In this document: positions 49,320 through 61,932 of the stretch, piece by piece
Numbering within the stretch: the stretch's first letter is position 1
Layout of the letters: each line of letters opens with the position of its first letter
Source of the DNA: Camelus ferus
Taxonomy: Eukaryota
NCBI RefSeq assembly: GCF_009834535.1
Contig: NC_045696.1
Coordinates: 106,704,001-106,768,000 of the forward strand
DNA length: 64,000 nucleotides
Direction of reading: 5' to 3'
Notes under the pieces: generated by a model
The model's input: the letters and a program-made list of their open reading frames with translations, nothing else
The model's database searches: none
Told to the model about the DNA's origin: nothing
Made by a program: the position numbers and the translations under genes

Positions 49320-51620
49320 CAAATACAGACATGAGCACACAACCAAGATTCATTAAATACTGGAGGAGTGCCAACACTACGAAAGTGAGGCACCGAACTC
49401 AACAAGTGGATGAGATGATATCAGGAAATTGGGCTGATTAAAAGCAAAAAGAATAAAAGATATTAGAATAAGCATAATTAAAATTGTTAGAGAGGCACAA
49501 AGGATATTGGATCTATAATAACCAACTAGAGATTTGGAAATGCAAATTTTGATTTTTGAAATAAAAATTCAATGGACAGTTTGAATAACAGGATGGAAAC
49601 AGTTGAAGAGCAAGTGAGTAAGCTTGAAGACCAAGCTGAGAACTCCTGAAAAGCAAAATACAAAAGAAAAATTAAGACACATGGCACAAGTTCCAGCATA
49701 TCTAATAGGAATTGGGAGATAGGTCATAGAGAGACTAGTTAGCTCACAGCAAGGAGAAAACAAACAGAAACACAAGGATCAATTGATAAATCCATAATCT
49801 CAGTGATAAACCTTAACTTACCGCACTCACAATCATTTGATGCTGCTGAAAAAAAAATGAAATGAGATGAAATGAATTAAAGGATGTAGAGAAACAGAAT
49901 GACATAATTAACAATCTTGACTTATTTTAACAGAGAAAACATATTATTTTTAAATACAAAAAAAATCTTTCACAAAAACTGATGTTTTAGGTTACAAAAG
50001 AAATCTTGATAAATTCCAGAAAGCAAAAATCATATGATTTGTATTTATTGATCACAAGGCAACAGAAATATAAATTAACAACCAAAGGAAAGCTTTGTCC
50101 TTGAAATTAAAAATCATGTTTCTAAGAAATTCTGTAACAGAAAAGGAAGTAAAAAAACAGTTATTACCAACTCTGGAAATGCATAAAATTAAAAACACAC
50201 TTATAAAAGTCTTTGGGTTGGGCAGAGACAGAGAAGTATGCATGGCATTACATGCATTTACTAGAATACAAGAAATATGAAAATTTAGCTTTCAGTTTAA
50301 GAAGCTAGAAAAATAAAATAAATGATCTCCAATAAATTAGTAAAAAAGAATTAGTAAAAATAAAAGCAGAAATTGTTAAATTACAATATCAAAACTAGAG
50401 CAGACGCATACAACCAGAAGCTGGTTCTTTGAAAAGATTACAAAAATATACAAATATTTGACAAATACTGTAGGGGAGGAAAAATAATTTTCCTTCTGCC
50501 TAGTTAAGGAAAACAGAGAGAAGGTAAAATAAATCTCACAAGTTAAAAAGGTTTATGGCTACATAGAAAATAAAATTAGTTTTATCAGAAAATAAAGTTT
50601 TCTTAGAAAATGAAGTTGTGCTTTAGCACAGATTTATACCAATAGATTAAAATACTACAGACAAAATAAAATATGCTTGGGAAAATGTAAATCATAAAAA
50701 TTTGCTTAGAAAATAGAAAATCTGACTATAACAATAAGCATAGAAGATATTGAAAGAGAAATTCAGCGATTACCTATAAAAAGGGCACCAGGTCCAGACA
50801 ATCTTATGTTAAGGATGAGTTTTTTTTTTTTTTTTTACAAACTTTCAAGGTTTCTGACAACTTGAAAACTCATGAAAACAGGTAATTTTCATGTCATATA
50901 AATTGTTTGAAAACATAGGGAAGAAGAAAGAGATATTGAGAGAAGCCACTCAATTGTTTTTATTAGACTAGCAAACCCAATAACAAATAACTAGGATTCA
51001 GTGCACAGTACACTCCCATGGGTCCATGCAAGGCCCCTCAATTTGTCATTTGTCTCACTTTCATTTTTTTCTTTTCCCTTCTACCCTGCTGCCTGCATCC
51101 TGTCCCCTCCCCATCCCTTGTCATGGCTCAGCACTCTAGTAATTTGCAAGTGTGTAAAATTTGTTTTGTACGCCTGTATTTTTAAATTCCATAAGTGACA
51201 TGCTGTCCAAAAAAAAAAAAAAAGAAAGAAAAAAAAACTATTCTAGGGCAAGAAAACTATTGACTAATCTCGTATATAAACCTCAAATTTTATTACAACT
51301 ACTTTTCCAGTACATGCCGTGGTATATTACATGTACTATTATATTCAGATGTCCAAGATACTGTTCAGCGAAATAGTTGCAAAAAAAAAGTGTGCTATTA
51401 TCCAACATTTTGTGTATGTAGCCTTGTAAATTTGTAGATTACCCTCAGATTTCCAGAAGGCTACTCAAGAAACTGTTAAATGGGTTTACTTCTGGGCAGG
51501 GGGAATGGGATACTGGGTGAGGCAGGGTGGATGGGAATATTTACTTGCCACTTGATACTTTGTGTTCCTTTGAAATTTTTTGTTTTCAACCATAAGTGTG
51601 CTTACTTTTAATTTTTAAAA
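49320..51620 (+). mobile_element. Fragmented ancient L1M (ORF1 remnants, ORF2 EN-to-RT region, 3' pieces)
   Basis: A-rich strand; ACAAAAGAAATCTTGATAAATTCC...GATCACAAGGCAACAG resembles the EN motif LNKF...SDHN; AAGCTGGTTCTTTGAAAAGAT (SWFFEK) and GCACCAGGTCCAGA (PGPD). Confidence 0.8.
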
Positions 51621-52559
51621 AGATAAAAGGGGGTAGGAGATACAATGGTTTTTACTGATCACTGATCTAAAGTCTGATTTCTAAAATCCTCTCCAAAACT
51701 TAATGGTTCTTTCTTTTGTGGAGTCAAGAGTCCCCCTAACTTGAAGAAAGAGATTTGTTGTCTGGGATCCCAAGGACCAGAGCTAGGAAGAATGAGAGAG
51801 TCTCCTTAACTACAAGGAGAGAGATGTCAGGTCCCGTTAAGGAAAACTTTCTTCAAATTAGAGAAAGCCAAAGATAAAATGGACCTCTTTCCTGACTGTT
51901 GAAAGAGTTTTGCCTATTCAAGGAGAAGTTGGTTGAAGCCAGAGGGAGTAGACAATTTAACCCTAAGGTTCCTACTTCTTTCCTTAAACCTGATTATTCT
52001 GACCTAAAAAAGTGGGTTAATCCTTGTTTTGCCAGTTCTGCACGCTTGAAATTTTTCACTCTAAATACTCATGTATCTGACTACTCTTCGTGGAATTTAA
52101 ACTGCTACAAGCCAAAGATGTTACTTTAGCATATTAATCAGTAAGAGCTTTAATTACTCATTTAATTCGTACTTACATTACCTTATTGGTAACTTTGGCA
52201 AACTTGAAGTTTTTGTTTTTAATCATTACTTTAAAATCCTTACAGCAATCTTGTTAGGCAAACAGAATGAGTATCCCGTTTTTCAGTCAAGCCTCTAAGC
52301 TGCTCGCTTGGGTTCACACAGCCCAGTTCTGGCTAGTTTAGGGAAGGCGATCTCGTTGCTGCCTCTAAACTCAAGGTTCATGTGAATTGCATCATTGGGT
52401 CCCAGTGTACAATCTCGGTCAACAGAATCAAACTTGGCTGCCACAAATGTAATGAGTTGGTGGGATACTTAGAGCCAAAGCGAATCTGTTTGTTTGTCCT
52501 TCTTCCTGAATGATTTACCTGGAAGGCTGTTGCCTAAATTTCCTAGGCTTTTTTTCCTC

Positions 52560-53300
52560 CCCCCAAAACAACGGTTTACTTCGCCCTGTGCAGACCTGGG
52601 CCGGCAAAGCTGCATTTCCGAGAGACACGTGAGTCTCGGCGTCCGGTGAAAGCCAGGCTGTTCTGATCTCCTCCTGGAGTCCTGGAGGTTTCGGACAATC
52701 CCCGGCCTCGGCTTTGTCACCGGCGGATGAATCATTCATTGGAAGTTGCTAATAGCCTGGGAAACGCAACGGGATCGGGCAAACAGTTGAGTGGTGTTAT
52801 TCGCGCGTTGTTTACACTAGGCTGCAGAATAACTCAAGGGCCGACTGGCCCGAAGCGAATTACCCACACCGCCAGCGCGAGGCCTGAGGGAGCTGCAATT
52901 AACGCATTAATCACGCGGAGCCTCCGGCGGCCGCGTGTTAGCGCACGGGATTTAGTAGCACTCCACTAAGTTGCTGATGAGGCCCGCGGCGGGATGAAAA
53001 CCCTTAGAATACGAATGTGACATCCCATGCCCCTTTATTTGTTAGTCAATAATCTGAATAACCCTAGTTTCACAGCTTCTGTGTTGGATTTGCTGTTCCT
53101 TTCTCTCCTCCGCTAATCGCCGGCGAGGCGCGATAGGGTAGGGACTTTAACTTTGATTTGAACCTCCCTCCCCCTCCCCCTCAATAAAAGCACAGGTTTT
53201 TATCCACATGCGTATATTGCATAGACATCAAAGAAAAAAAAAAGCCTCATGCATTTCCATTAAAGCCGCGCGGACCAGGGGGAGGCACCAAGCTGGGTGC
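52560..53300. promoter_or_regulatory. Small orphan CpG island with transcription-factor motifs (enhancer or promoter candidate)
   Basis: About 38 CpGs in 52561-53020 by manual count in an otherwise CpG-depleted window; NotI site 52927-52934; TGTTTAC 52809-52815; CAATTAACGCATTAATC 52896-52912. Confidence 0.72.
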
Positions 53301-54367
53301 GGGCTTTTGAGGCGGTGGAAATTGATAAGGTTCATCTGCATACAAAAGGCTGAATGGAGAGGCAGCTGGGTGAGCGAGGTCAGACACCCAGATGGATTTT
53401 TTAATTCTGGGGAAAATAACACCACGCTCACAAGTGATAACTGAGCCTTTCTTCCCAACTCAGACCAAAATATGATTTCCATTTGTGCATTGGAGGAGAA
53501 GAAAATTATACAGAATTTCATTCTGCAGCATAATAAGGCTTCACACTGAATAATGCTACCATAAGGCAGTGTAATTACTGAAGGGCAGAAAATACACTTT
53601 CAGTTTATATCTGATCACAATACCACATTGTCTGCTTTGGAAAAAAAATCTGGGGTGGGGGTGCAGCGCATTACTGGATTGTGAGTGGGACCCCGGGGAG
53701 GTTGTTGGTCTCCGAGCTTAACAGAGTGCTGAGAAAGGGTGATGGTGGGTGCTTGGAGCTGTCATCCAAGACCGGCGCATCCAGGAGGTATGGACTTATT
53801 TCCTCTGAGGATATCTAGGTGTTTCTCCTCTTCTAAAATTACTTGTCCTGCTCTATACTGACGCTTTAAGACCATCCTTAGTGCACACAGGGATCAAATA
53901 AAGAGCAGAGACACTTCAGGGACTGAAAGAGAAAGAACCAGCCAAATTATTATTACTGTTTGATTGGCTTGACTATTTGAAATAGCTGAAGAGGATTTTT
54001 GTATGTTTCTGTTTGTAATTGATGAACTACAAATTGTTCCTTCCATTTTGCAATCTATTTCTTATCCACCCTGAAATAATGTATGTTTGTTATAAAATAT
54101 TTCAAAACATAGAAAAGTCTAGTGGAAAAACTCATCAATTATTCTACCTCCCAGAAAAAAAAAAACTTAATATTTTGGTGAATTTTCTTCATGGTGTGAG
54201 TGCTGTGTGTTGCTGTTTCTTCCTGGATGATAGAAAAGAGTTCTCACAATGCCAGGACTTGTTTGCAGAGTAGATATTAAAAGCAATTCTGGTTTGAAAG
54301 CAATGTATTTTAGAGTTATTATTTTAGATGCAGTGTAAGAAGCCTCTAGTCTTAATAGTTCTAAATC

Positions 54368-54549
54368 CAGTCGTTCTCAAACCTGTGTGCATCCACACCT
54401 GGAGAACTTGTTAAAATAGTGTTGGGCACCACCCCCAGAGTTTCTGAATTTGCAGGTCTAATGTGGGGCTGAGAATCTGAATTGATAACATGTTCCCAGA
54501 TGATGTTGATGCTGGTACTGGTTTAGATACCACACTTTGAGAATCACTG
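54368..54549. mobile_element. MER5A-like hAT-Charlie MITE
   Basis: Terminal inverted repeats CAGTCGTTCTCAAA ... TTTGAGAATCACTG, about 180 bp. Confidence 0.85.
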
Positions 54550-54702
54550 CCCTTGAGTGGTTGGGGGTGTGGTTGAGGAAAACACAAAAAATGTAAGCTC
54601 CCAAGGCACATGAAGAGAAATGCACAGATTTTCGGGAGGTCTTAAACATATCATTAAGTAACTGTTCGTGAAGCAAATTTACTGAAATAATCTCATCAGT
54701 AG

Positions 54703-55179
54703 TGTGGTAGACAGAATAGTAGTTCCTCAAATGTGTTCACATTCTATTACCCAGAAACTTGTGATTGGCAAGAGAGAGTTAAGTTTGCAAATGGAATTAG
54801 AATTGGTAATCAGCTGACCTTGAGATGGGGAGATTATCTTTGTTTATCTGGATGGACCCAATGTAATCAAAGGGTCCTTGTAAATGAAAGAGGGAGACAG
54901 GACTGTCAGTGTCTGAGTCAGAGGGAGATTAGAAGAAGCTGTGATGCAGGCTTTGAAGACAGAGGAAGGGACCGCAAGCCAAGAAGTGTAGGTAGCCTCT
55001 CAAGACTAGAAAAGGAAAGTAATGGTTTCTCTCTTAGACTCCAGAAGGAATGCAGTCCTGCTGACACCTTGATTTTAGCCCAGTGAGACTTCTAACCTCC
55101 AGAACTATAAGATAATTGTGTTGTTTTAGACCATGAACTTTATAGTAATTTGCTATAGCAGCAATAGGAAATCCATGCC
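54703..55179 (+). mobile_element. MaLR solo LTR (MLT1D-like) with 5-bp TSD
   Basis: Starts TGTGGTAGACAGAAT, contains CAGCTGACCTTGAGATGGGGAGATTATC and CTGCTGACACCTTGATTTTAGCCCAGTGAGAC. TSD AGTAG at 54698-54702 and 55180-55184. Confidence 0.9.
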
Positions 55180-55689
55180 AGTAGCTACACACACACGCAC
55201 ACACAATGTGCTATGACACATGGATCCCCTCATGATTCCCTGAGCAACTGTCTTCATCAATTAGCATTGTTTAGATTCACTTCGCACCTGGACTGGCGAG
55301 ACCTGGGGTATCACCATTGCCTCAGGCAAGTTATAAGGAAGGCTCAGAAGGAGTAGGCCAAGCCAGAGACCCTTACTGAGACTTGGTGTTCTTGGCCTGG
55401 TCTTTGGGCAGGTCCAGTTGGTTAGCTCACAGGCTGAATGCTCCTCTGTCACCACGAGGAATGAGCAAGCTGTTTATAAACATTTTCATACCTGAGGGAC
55501 ACAAAGATTGGTGGCAGAAGATTTCTGCCTAAAGCCTGGTGATCGTAGTACAGATGGTACATTAAGAAATATGGGCCAGATTGTATAGCATTTGCTAAGG
55601 ATTTGGGAGAGGGTAGGGTACCATTAGTTTTGCTCTCAGATTTCTCCTAGAGACCTTCTCCAACATTGGCTGTAGCAGGTAGACCTAGC

Positions 55690-57795
55690 GGATTCCGTTG
55701 ATCTGTGTGTCTATCCCGCCCCTCTGCCAGTACCAATCTTGATTACTGTAACTGTGTATTAAGTCTTGGAACTAGATAGAGTGATTCCTCCTACTTTATT
55801 CTTCTTTTTCAAAGCTGCTTTAGCTATTCTAGTTTCTTTTTCTAAAAAATATGACTTTTCAAGTGGTCTTGTCTATATCTACAAAAAATCTGGCTGATAT
55901 TTTGGGGGAATTACATTAAAAACTATATATCATTTGGGAAGGATTGACATCTTTACTATGTTGAATGTTCCAGTCCATGAACATGGTCTCTCCATTTGTT
56001 TGTCTTTGATTTCTTTCATCAGCATTCAAGCTATGTACATCTTTTGTTAGATTTACACTTAAGGATTTTTTTTTTAGTGATTATAAATGAAATTGTGTTT
56101 TAAATTTTGGTTTCTACATGTTCATTCCTGACAGATAAAAGTACAATTGATTTTTGTATCCTGCACTGCCCTGAACATATTAGATCTCAGATTTTTTTTT
56201 CTGTAGATTTTTTTTTGTTGTGATTTTCTATGTAGACATTCATGTAACCTGCAAATAGGGAGTGTTATTTCTTCCTCTCCTGTTCTTGCTTTATTGCCCT
56301 GGTTAGGTGTTCCATGCTGAATAGCAGTTCTGAGAACAGACATCTGTATGAAGTCAGCTGTAGGTTTTTTGTAGGTGTTCCTGGTTCTTTGGCTAGAGAG
56401 AGCAGTCTTTTGTTGTTATTGTCCTTGTTTTTTGTCCGTGCTCATTAACAGTTCCACTTTGCTGGCTTCTCTAATAGCCAGTGGAATAATAAGGCAAAAA
56501 GAAAACCCAAGGAACTTAACCACCTCAGGTCAAGGTCCTTAGCCGATTTTCCTTCTTCTCTCCACCTTCCATGGCCTATTATGATTGTTTCATATAATGC
56601 CCAGGATGCTTGGCTGTGCTTAGTTGGGGGAACAAGAAAAAGTACATCTACTCCCTGTTTCCAGAAGTGTAAGTCTTGGCTCATTTTTATAATAGTCATG
56701 GTCTGATAATTCCCTCCTCTGTGCCATCTGACATTGGTGTCATGATTTTCTCTTTCCATGTGAGTTAAGATTTTCCTGGTTCTGTTTGTGTATCCTGCAT
56801 ATTATAAGATTATGTTTTGAGACTCAGCATCTTGTTTAAATTGTATGGAGAATACTGATATTTTTGTCTTAGTAGGCAATTGAGGCCACAACTTCAGATC
56901 TGCCTTCTAAGGGTATGGTTCCAGTGTCAGTTCAATTTATATAGCCTTCATTGTGCTCTTCAGATCTATCCTGTGTGTATGCTACTCAGTGGCCAGCCTG
57001 GGGTCTAGGTGATGATGTATCCTGTAATTCAGTTGTCAAAGTCTAGGTATGCTGTTTAGGGTCAAATCAATGTATGCATTGCTCATAGGTAAGCCTAGCA
57101 CTTCATAAACAACCTTAAGAAGTCAATTTTCTGAGCCCTTCCCTCTCTGTGATCTCCCTGGTACTTTCTGGTTTCCCTTTTCGATCCTCCAGCCAGCAGG
57201 CTGCAACTTTATTATCCTGCTCATATGTCCACTTCCAATGATGATATCACATCTCAGGCCAAATGCCAGGATGATAGGGGGAGGAAAAGAGCATTGGGAG
57301 TTTTCTTACTCCCTTGGGGAATCTTTTCTAATTAGAGGGGAAGGTCACCCTCAGAATTTTTGCTCTTTTGAGTTCCCCTTAATGCCATTGGTGCTGCCAC
57401 TAGGAGATAGATTGGTGGCTGGAGCAAAAAAAGAACACGGAAAAGAAGGGAAAAAATTGGAGTTTCCCCTACTTTCTCCGAGTTTTAGGCATTCCCTTAT
57501 CCTGTTCTTTGAGCCAGGGATAGAAGGAGTTTCCTGAAGCTTTGTCTGTGCCCTGGTGCCCACTTCTACGTTTTGGGCTATGTTGAGTTCAGGATGAAAG
57601 AAAGAAAAAAAAAACCCAATAAACTTGGTGCTGGTTTGATGATACTTGAAGTCTTCTTCCTCAATCTGCCTATTACTTACAGAGTTTTCAGAGCACACAA
57701 ATACCTGCTCCATGCATTCTATTGAAGTTTTCTGATCATTATAGAGATAGACAGGAAGAGTGTACCTACTCCATCTTACCTGGAACCAGAGATCT
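55690..57795 (-). mobile_element. Composite antisense old L1 fragments (ORF2 piece plus two 5'-end-like segments)
   Basis: 55690-56380 is antisense ORF2 (TTGACATCTTTACTATGTTGAATGTTCCAGTCCATGAACATGG). Segments ending near 56675 and 57790 read on the minus strand ACTTCTGGAAACAGGGAGTAG and GGTTCCAGGTAAGATGGAGTAG, resembling L1M 5' termini. Confidence 0.72.
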
Positions 57796-57954
57796 TCCAC
57801 TAATATCCTTTTGATTAATGATTTCTAAGCTCTCCAGTGTTTTAACAAAAAATCAAACCAGGATACATGTGTTTTACCCCTCTGCCTTATTCTTGTGAAG
57901 CTTTCAATACTTATTACTCATAGTTTTTTATGCTGCATTTATCTACTGTTCTTT

Positions 57955-58400
57955 ATCAGTGAGGGTCAGGCTGAGGGTTGCAAGATAATGCTACAAAAAC
58001 ATTTCTGGGATATGAATTATCCCTGAAATCCCAATATTTGTTTCTTAAAGACAAATAAGAGAAAGAAGCTTTAATAATCAATAAAACAAATTCTTTCTGG
58101 CCTTTTCCATGAGCCACCACTTGACATCATTAAATTGTGATTAAAGGTGTAGGTGAGTTTGACCATGTGTTTTTCTTAAAATTAGTATTTTCTAAGTATA
58201 TTTGATATGTTTATAGGCTGTATGTAAAAAGAGAACTCTTGGGTTATATAAATTAGCAAATGTTTGGAGAAATAAAGTTAAACAATTTTTTTTACTGAGA
58301 ACTTCTAAAAGCATTTCATATGCTAATGTGAATTTTGTATCTTCCAGAGGAAAAATTGCAGTATGCAGCATTGCCCAAAGAATTGAATAAAATGACTACT
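57955..58400. mobile_element. Old hAT-Charlie-type fossil
   Basis: AAAGTTAAACAA...TACTGAGAACTTCT...CATATGCTAATGTG...AGTATGCAGCATTGCCCAAA resembles Charlie-group non-autonomous elements; the family was not assigned. Confidence 0.5.
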
Positions 58401-58916
58401 TCCCTGGCCCCTCTTATGGAGGGGTAAGGAATCTCCAGAGCCAAGGATATGAGCCTGCCCAGAGCCCACCCCTCTTACTAGACTACACTCCAGGGGCCAG
58501 GACCCTGGAATACACCACTCAGATGGTCCAAGCCTGCTTCTTGAGCCTGAATGGCCGCTTCTATAAATCCTTCCTTCAGAGTACAAATTTCCTCACCAGT
58601 GTGCCTGAGGCAAAAGGCAGCTGTTCGGAGGAGAGAGAGGCGTGGATGGGATATGGATGCACAGGTTGGAGTGTCTGTAGGCCCCTTGACCTTGCAGGAT
58701 GAGAAGGCAGGGTCAGGGATGTTTAAGGCCACAAGCTGGGGACTGCTTCTCTTTACCAAACTCCCACTAGCCCAGAATTTCTAAATGTGAATCTGGCCTT
58801 CTATGTCATTTTGAGGGTATCTTTGTCAAGGTGAAAGCATAGAACATACTATATTTAACAGTTTATTAGCTTGATTATAATCTATATTTTTTAGATATAT
58901 GATATATTTCATCAGT

Positions 58917-59008
58917 TATGGTGACCAACTGTCCCAGTTTGCTTGGCACCTTTTCATCGTAGCACTGAATGTCCCATGTCCCAGGAAACTGAGATAGTTG
59001 ATCACCAC
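58917..59008. mobile_element. hAT-Blackjack MITE (MER81/MER94-like)
   Basis: Imperfect TIRs GGTGACCAACTGTCCCAGTTT ... AAACTGAGATAGTTGATCACC. Confidence 0.65.
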
Positions 59009-59309
59009 CCCAGCTCTTGAAAGTGTTGGAAGTGGGTCAGGCTGTGTAAAGCATTTCCCATAGTTATTTGATCTTGAAATCCTTTCCTCTTAACTCCCAC
59101 TCCAACCTCAGGAGGATTTTGTATAACTAGTGTAAAGACAAGTTAAATCTGTCATGAAGAATTGCATCTTATAGAGAAACAAATGTTCAGTCTGTATTTT
59201 CCATTGATTAAACTTTGGCAAAACTTTTCTAGTCAGAGTATTCAAGGCTGTTGTACTTGTTTTTCCAGTTAGTAGGTTTGTTTTTATTACATTATTTTTG
59301 CTATTTGTT

Positions 59310-59500
59310 ATAATGATAGTAAGAGCTACCATTTTTACTGAGTGCTACCAAGTGCTAAATCCTATGCTACGTGTTTTACATGCATAGTTTCTAATTCTTA
59401 TCAAAACCGTATAGGGGAGGTATTATTGTCCACATTTTATAGATAAAAAACTAAGTGAAAAAGTGATAAAGATGGCTATGAACCCAGCTTTGTCTTTCTC
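59310..59500 (-). mobile_element. MIR SINE
   Basis: TTTTACTGAGTGCTACC...CACATTTTATAGATAAAAAACTAAG. Confidence 0.7.
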
Positions 59501-60271
59501 TTAGGTCTATACCCTTTTTATTGTGTCTACAGGATGAAAAATACTAGAAAGATGAGATTCTAAAATTGGGTCCTGAAATCTAATGATTCCACATTGACTA
59601 TGATAGTAGCAAAATATCCTCGGAAAAATATCAGATCTGACTTAGGCAGGAGCAACAGTGAGATAAGGAGGAGCAAGTGTTTGTCGTGTCCTTACAGTTA
59701 CTCAGAATTGCTCCTGTAGTATCTGAGGTCTGTGAGCGTGGTATGCCCCTCTTCTCTTTTAAAATTTCATAGTTAGCACCCCCCACCCCCAAAAGTACCA
59801 AAAGCTTTGAACTTAAGAAAATTTGTTCTCCAAAATCCTGTCTTATGTAAACAAATAATTTCAAAACACAAGAGGTTTGTTATGTAGGTCTTTCTTTGTA
59901 TCTGTCAGTAAAGTTATTCTGAGTTTTATTATATGGCTCTTAAACAGGTTGTTTTTAGTTACTTTATTTTCATTGTTACTGTGAAGAAAAAGATTTCCAT
60001 TATTTTAAAAAGTAGTGGGTTTTAAATCATACTCTGCAGAGCCCTGTTGTTCTTAGGAGTCCACTGGAGGAAGGGACAGGGCAGGGGCAAGCAGGCCGGA
60101 CTTTGAGATCCTCATGCTGCTTTATCCAAGTAGTGACATGTTTTTAACATTTTGAGAGTCCAGATAAACTTTTGTTTAAAGTTCTGTATTGGAAGAACTA
60201 TAAGCAAAATATAGCTTTAATTAGTTCTAATTACTTATTACATTATACCAGAAGGCTATTGAGTTTGAGAT

Positions 60272-61000
60272 ATTTATTCTTTTTAAACAGTTTCATTGAG
60301 ATACAGTTACTCTACCATACGAGTCATCCATTTAAAGTATACAATTCAATGGCTTTTAGTGTATTCACTGAACAATGCATTCATCACCACAATGAATGCT
60401 AGAAGATTTTCATTACCCTGGAGAGAAACCCCATACCTCTTAGCCATCATTCTCTCATCCCCCACCCTCCCACTCACCACCCTCCTGGCATTGCCCTCAT
60501 CCTAGGCAACCACAAATCTACTCTCTGTCTCTGTTGATTTGCCTGTTCGGGACATTTAATATAAATAGAATCAAACAATATTTGGTCTTTTGTTACTGGC
60601 TTCCTCTACTTAGCATAATATTTTCAAAGTTCATCCAATTCATCCATGCTGTAACGTGTTTAAGTGTTTCATTCCTTTTTATTGCTAAATAATGTTTTAC
60701 TTTTACGTTTAATAACATTTTATCTATCCATTCATCATCAGTTGATGGACATTAGAGTTGTTTCCACTTTTTGTCTATTTTTGCATAGCGCTGCTGTGAA
60801 TATTAATGTACAAGTTTTTGTATGGACGTATGTTTTCATTTGTTTTGGGTATATGTCTATGAATAGAATTGTTGGGTCATATTGTTACTCTGTGTTTAAC
60901 CATTGAGGAACTGCCAGACTATTTTCTAAAGCCAGCTGAACGATTTTATATTCCCACTAGCAGTATATGAGGGTTCCAGTGTCTCCAATTCTTGTATTTG
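60272..61000 (-). mobile_element. L1 (L1MB-like) 3' end, antisense
   Basis: TTTCATTGAGATACAG...CATTTAAAGTATACAATTCAATGG...TGAGGAACTGCCAGACT...TTCCCACTAGCAGTATATGAGGGTTCC. Confidence 0.9.
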
Positions 61001-61031
61001 GCTATTTAGGTAAGCTATCATACTAATTTTA

Positions 61032-61576
61032 TTTTAGTTGTTGTAGTCTTCAGTTCTGTTTGTTCTTCTTTATATTTTCCAACTTTTTGTTAAACTTCTC
61101 ACTTTGTTCATTCATTTTTCTCCTGAGTTCATTGGGCGTCTTCTTGATTATTACCTTGAACTCTTCATTTGGTGGATTGCTTATTTTAATTTTGCTTAGT
61201 TCCTCTTCTGGAGTTTTGACATTCTTCTGTCTCCTCATTTTGCCTAATTCTCTGTTTTTATTTCTATGTATTAGGTTGGTTAGTTATGTTTCCCAATCTT
61301 CAAGAAGTGGCCTTATGTAGGAGATGGCTTATGGGGCCTAGCAACATACTCTCCTCTGGTCACCAGAGCTATATACTCTAGGGGTGCTCCCCCAGTGTGG
61401 GCTGCATGGGCCTTTCTGTTCTGGTGGGGCCGACTACTGGGGGTACATTGGTAAGTGAGGCTGGCTCCAGCCTGCTTGGCTGCAAGGGACCTGCTTAGTG
61501 CAGTTGCTATTGGCCAGTGGGGGGTCCCTGGACTGGTGGCAGCCCACTTATGGGTAAGGCTGGGTTCCAGGGCACC
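61032..61576 (-). mobile_element. L1 insertion containing only 5'UTR plus ORF1 N-terminus, flanked by a perfect 15-bp TSD
   Basis: ORF 61050-61238 MRRQKNVKTPEEELSKIKISNPPNEEFKVII...SEKFNKKLENIKKN matches the N-terminus of laurasiatherian L1 ORF1p. TSD ATCATACTAATTTTA at 61017-61031 and 61577-61591. Confidence 0.9.
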
Positions 61577-61760
61577 ATCATACTAATTTTAATAGTTCAT
61601 CAGTTCTCTTTGCTCTTACAGTTGACAGCGATATCAGCTCTGATAATTTCCAATTCATGTCTTGTTGCATTGGACATAAATTTTATATTAATTTTAAATA
61701 ATAATGTTGCAAGAACACCTCTTAATCGTGTTCCTGATTTTGCTGGGGTTGCCACTAGTG

Positions 61761-61932
61761 CACTAGTCCTCAAACTTGGGTGCATATTGAAATCATCTGA
61801 AAAGTCTGGAAAAAAAAAGAAAGCTAATGCCTATGTCTCAGACCTAAAATTTTCGTTAGTGTGGCTTGTGCACTGGAACTTTTAAAAACCCTCTGGGTGA
61901 TTCAAATAGGAGGCAAAACTTGAGAACTACTG
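61761..61932. mobile_element. MER5-like hAT-Charlie MITE
   Basis: TIRs CACTAGTCCTCAAACTT ... AACTTGAGAACTACTG; 8-bp flanks CACTAGTG / CCTTAGTG (6 of 8 identical). Confidence 0.75.

Noticed and set aside
48857..49441. 194-aa plus-strand ORF, the longest in the window
   Set aside because: Non-ATG start, no recognisable domain, and it overlaps the start of decayed L1 sequence.
52355..52470. Faint resemblance (AATGAGTTGGTGG) to ancient amniote SINE cores beside the CpG island
   Set aside because: Only a short match recalled from memory; needs an nhmmer search against Dfam to be credible.
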